Assembly (NCBI GenBank): GCA_965214095.1
Contig: OZ243938.1
Location: 3,936,001-4,000,000 of the forward strand
Direction of reading: 5' to 3'
Length of the DNA: 64,000 bases
From: Candidatus Poribacteria bacterium
GTDB taxonomy: Bacteria > Poribacteria > WGA-4E > WGA-3G
Positions 61,380 to 64,000 of this stretch are shown one piece after another. How positions within the stretch are numbered: position 1 is the stretch's first letter; each line of letters opens with the position of its first letter. Made by a program: the position numbers and the translations under genes. Under the pieces are notes generated by a model. The model saw nothing but the letters and a program-made list of their open reading frames with translations, was not told where the DNA came from and made no database searches.

Positions 61380-61581
61380 GTAGTCGCGCAATTCATTGCG
61401 CCTCTTACATTTAGCACCAGCGGTGCGGAAGGTGTATAGCAAACAGATATAAAAAGGAAACAAGCCCCAGCGGGGTGACAGGTGTATCGTTTTAATCCCA
61501 ATTCTAAGAAATAAAGTCGCATTAGAAGATTTACGAGGTTTTGGGAATGTCCGAGGCGCGCTTTATTGCGTCTCGGACATT
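61380..61581. repeat. REP-like palindromes
   Basis: GTAGTCGCGCAATTCATTGCGCCTC at 61380; two GC(A/C)CCAGCGG..AGGTGTAT units; hairpin AATGTCCGAGGCGC...GCGTCTCGGACATT at 61546-61581. Confidence 0.6.
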
Positions 61582-61912
61582 GTTGGAGTGGTTTCCAACT
61601 ACGAATTCTTATATTTTGGAGAACTTCCTAAACACATTAAATGCTAAACGCGCATTCAACGTTGATTTGGAATGTCACTTTTTTACCAACTTCAGTACAG
61701 TTTATCTTAACAATGGCACTTTGAAACGTCAGACTCATAATCATGTAAATCTGTAAATCCTGAAAATCTTGGTTCAGACAGAAAATCAAACTAAATTGAT
61801 GCCAATGGTGCGGTTTCCTAACCAATTCTGTGCATAAATATTGGCACATAAATTGCATTCTATGTTTACAATAAACATCAACAGCAACTATCATTAAGAG
61901 GATACCTGTTCT

Positions 61913-63991
61913 ATGAGACTTAAAATCTTTCATTCCATTTCAGTTTTCTTCATACTTCTGGGGTTAATATTATTTTCACCACTAACAATGGCAGAGACAT
62001 TTTCAGGTCACGTCATTGATCACAATGGCAATCCTGTTCCTGAAGTGACGGTTGCCCTAAGTGAATTCAATAATGAAAAAACAGATTTATCAATTACAGA
62101 TGATGATGGGGTTTTCTCTGTATCAGGAACTAATTTCCCAGTCAAAATGAACTTACATCCGAAAAAAAATAAACCTTATGTTATAAGCATGATAATTATA
62201 GAAGGAATTATCTACTATCCAGATAAACACTCAAACTATTCTGATGATTTTGTATTTTCAATTGTGGATGGAGTAGATATTCAAGATGTTCAAATACATG
62301 TGCGTAAACGAACTTTAATAAGAGGACGGGTGCTCAATCCCGATGGCACACCACTAAGTAATGTTGATGTGCGCTTCAACCTAAGTGGACAGACAATAAA
62401 TGGCACTTCAACGATAACACTTGGAATGTTGGTTCAACTTGATGCAGATGGTTATTTTGAAAAATATGTTGAAGGTCCAGGTTATTTTACGTTGTCGGTG
62501 GAATATCAGAAAAAAATTGCAAGAACAGATGAAATGTTCATTACAGGAAAACCAGAAGAGGATAATCTCGTTCTAATGCTTGGTGGCAAAACTGACAGTA
62601 ATTTTGATAAAGAGAATATAAATAAAACGCTGAGATTGCGGACTTTCCAGATGGACAGAGAAAAATCAATTCTTAGAACAACGTTGACATCAGAGGAGAA
62701 ATCAACATTCACTGGCAGCGTTGTAGATACATTTGGAAACACAGTTTCGGATATACAGATAGGTCTACAGCCAATGCAACTCCTTGAAGGTTACTTCTTA
62801 TCTGAAAGGTATCGTATCGGGACAACCAGTGATACTACTGATGATAAACCCCGTAAAAACATTACAGATTCAACACCGTTAGTTGACACTGACTTCAGAC
62901 TGCCTCCTCGAAATAGACTCACATCTCAGTTAACTTCTACAGGGACATTTTCATTCAATGGGATTGAGTATGGAGCACTTAAATTATTCGTTTTACCTGA
63001 TGATATGACGTTATCAAAGATACCTTCCAATATACGTATCTTAGATCACTTACGGACAAAATTTGAGATTCTCTCAGTCAAAATCGGGAATCTGATTTTT
63101 AAAAAAACATTAGACCAACAATCTATTTTAAGCCATATTATTTTTGGAATAAATCCTGGAACTAAAATTGACAATGTAGAAATTACCGTAAAACAGAGAA
63201 TAAATATAAGGGGAAAAATTGTCAATGCAGATGGAACTCCATTAAAAAACCGAAATACTAAGTTAAGAATAAAGGCACCACAAGGTAAAATACGCCGGTT
63301 AGGGGATGCGGATGGATATACATCAAGTGCAAATATTCAGACTGATAATTACGGAAATTTTTCCATTTATGTTGAAAAATCGGGTGATTATTACTTTCAT
63401 GTAGAATACATCCTCCTCAATGCAGAAGCAGGACCAATCACAATCAAAGACAAGTTACAACAGGATGACCTTGTCCTGAAGTTGAATGGCAAACTACTTT
63501 TTCCTGATTTAACTGCTGAAGACAAAACCACTGCTGACGAAGAACAGATACCCGATGTGTGGGTTGTTAATCCGGTCAATGGACATTCCTACAAGTTGAT
63601 AGTATGTGAAGATTGGCATGATGCTCACCACAAAGCAATACAGAACGGTGCACATCTCATCTCAATTAACGATGAAGCTGAACACAAATGGATTCAAGAA
63701 ATCTATGGCAGCAGATTCTTCTGGATAGGACTCAATGATTTAGAAAAAGAGGGTGAATGGAAGTGGGATGGTGGTGAACCTGTTACCTATAAACACTGGG
63801 AAACTAATGAACTCTTTCCTGACGGAACACTTACAGACGATGAAAAGGATTATGTGATTATGAATCTTAATGGGGCATGGCAGACAACAGCTCCGCAGTC
63901 TACCTTATGGATAATGACGCGACAAGCAATAATTGAAAATGACGGTTTGCTTTCTACTATACAGCCAAAATCAGAATCACAGAATGAATAG
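61913..63991 (+). CDS. Secreted protein with carboxypeptidase-regulatory-like repeats and a C-terminal C-type lectin domain
   Basis: Signal peptide; SGHVIDHNGNPV and RGRVLNPDGTPL repeats; NGHSYKL, GAHLISINDEAE, FWIGLND, EGEWKW. Confidence 0.85.
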   Translation: MRLKIFHSISVFFILLGLILFSPLTMAETFSGHVIDHNGNPVPEVTVALSEFNNEKTDLSITDDDGVFSVSGTNFPVKMNLHPKKNKPYVISMIIIEGIIYYPDKHSNYSDDFVFSIVDGVDIQDVQIHVRKRTLIRGRVLNPDGTPLSNVDVRFNLSGQTINGTSTITLGMLVQLDADGYFEKYVEGPGYFTLSVEYQKKIARTDEMFITGKPEEDNLVLMLGGKTDSNFDKENINKTLRLRTFQMDREKSILRTTLTSEEKSTFTGSVVDTFGNTVSDIQIGLQPMQLLEGYFLSERYRIGTTSDTTDDKPRKNITDSTPLVDTDFRLPPRNRLTSQLTSTGTFSFNGIEYGALKLFVLPDDMTLSKIPSNIRILDHLRTKFEILSVKIGNLIFKKTLDQQSILSHIIFGINPGTKIDNVEITVKQRINIRGKIVNADGTPLKNRNTKLRIKAPQGKIRRLGDADGYTSSANIQTDNYGNFSIYVEKSGDYYFHVEYILLNAEAGPITIKDKLQQDDLVLKLNGKLLFPDLTAEDKTTADEEQIPDVWVVNPVNGHSYKLIVCEDWHDAHHKAIQNGAHLISINDEAEHKWIQEIYGSRFFWIGLNDLEKEGEWKWDGGEPVTYKHWETNELFPDGTLTDDEKDYVIMNLNGAWQTTAPQSTLWIMTRQAIIENDGLLSTIQPKSESQNE

Positions 63992-64000
63992 TCTGTTGGT

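Noticed and set aside
335-61581. CRISPR array from recurring palindromic repeats
   Set aside because: The repeats are dispersed or inverted pairs, not regularly spaced direct repeats with unique spacers, and there are no cas genes.
962-63579. Numerous short antisense or alternate-frame ORFs in the track
   Set aside because: They are shadows of well-supported genes and lack RBS and motifs.

Overview
Bacterial chromosomal window, most likely from Candidatus Poribacteria or a close relative. This is an inference from the C-terminal V(E/D)xxxKLAxxWxxxK tag on LamG proteins, the multiple PhyH dioxygenases, the sulfatase and glycosidases, a dockerin-like repeat and an ECF sigma factor with a long C-terminal extension. 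Housekeeping and catabolic genes include ruvX-mltG-lpxC/fabZ-lpxA, a 2-oxoacid dehydrogenase E2, an ABC transporter, a GH95 fucosidase, a DUF2961 glycosidase and dgoD. Five things stand out. (1) An 11-kb tandem array of seven cytoplasmic proteins, each with a small helical domain, a J-domain-like region in which HPD is replaced by R(P/A/T)D, and a non-catalytic FGE-type C-type-lectin-fold domain whose putative ligand loop is hypervariable. The array is interrupted by a thermonuclease/hypothetical/DUF2971-like cassette. (2) A hidden selenoprotein (signal peptide, dockerin-like repeat, thioredoxin with UPYC) split by an in-frame TGA and followed by a SECIS-like hairpin. (3) Two tandem RDD-PspA (ESCRT-III-like) fusions. 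(4) Intergenic nests of GTAG-type REP hairpins with compensatory stem variation inside short MITE-like inverted-repeat elements. (5) A membrane-tethered ECF sigma factor next to a secreted C-type lectin protein built from similar repeat modules. No rRNA, tRNA, CRISPR array, transposase or reverse transcriptase was recognised.
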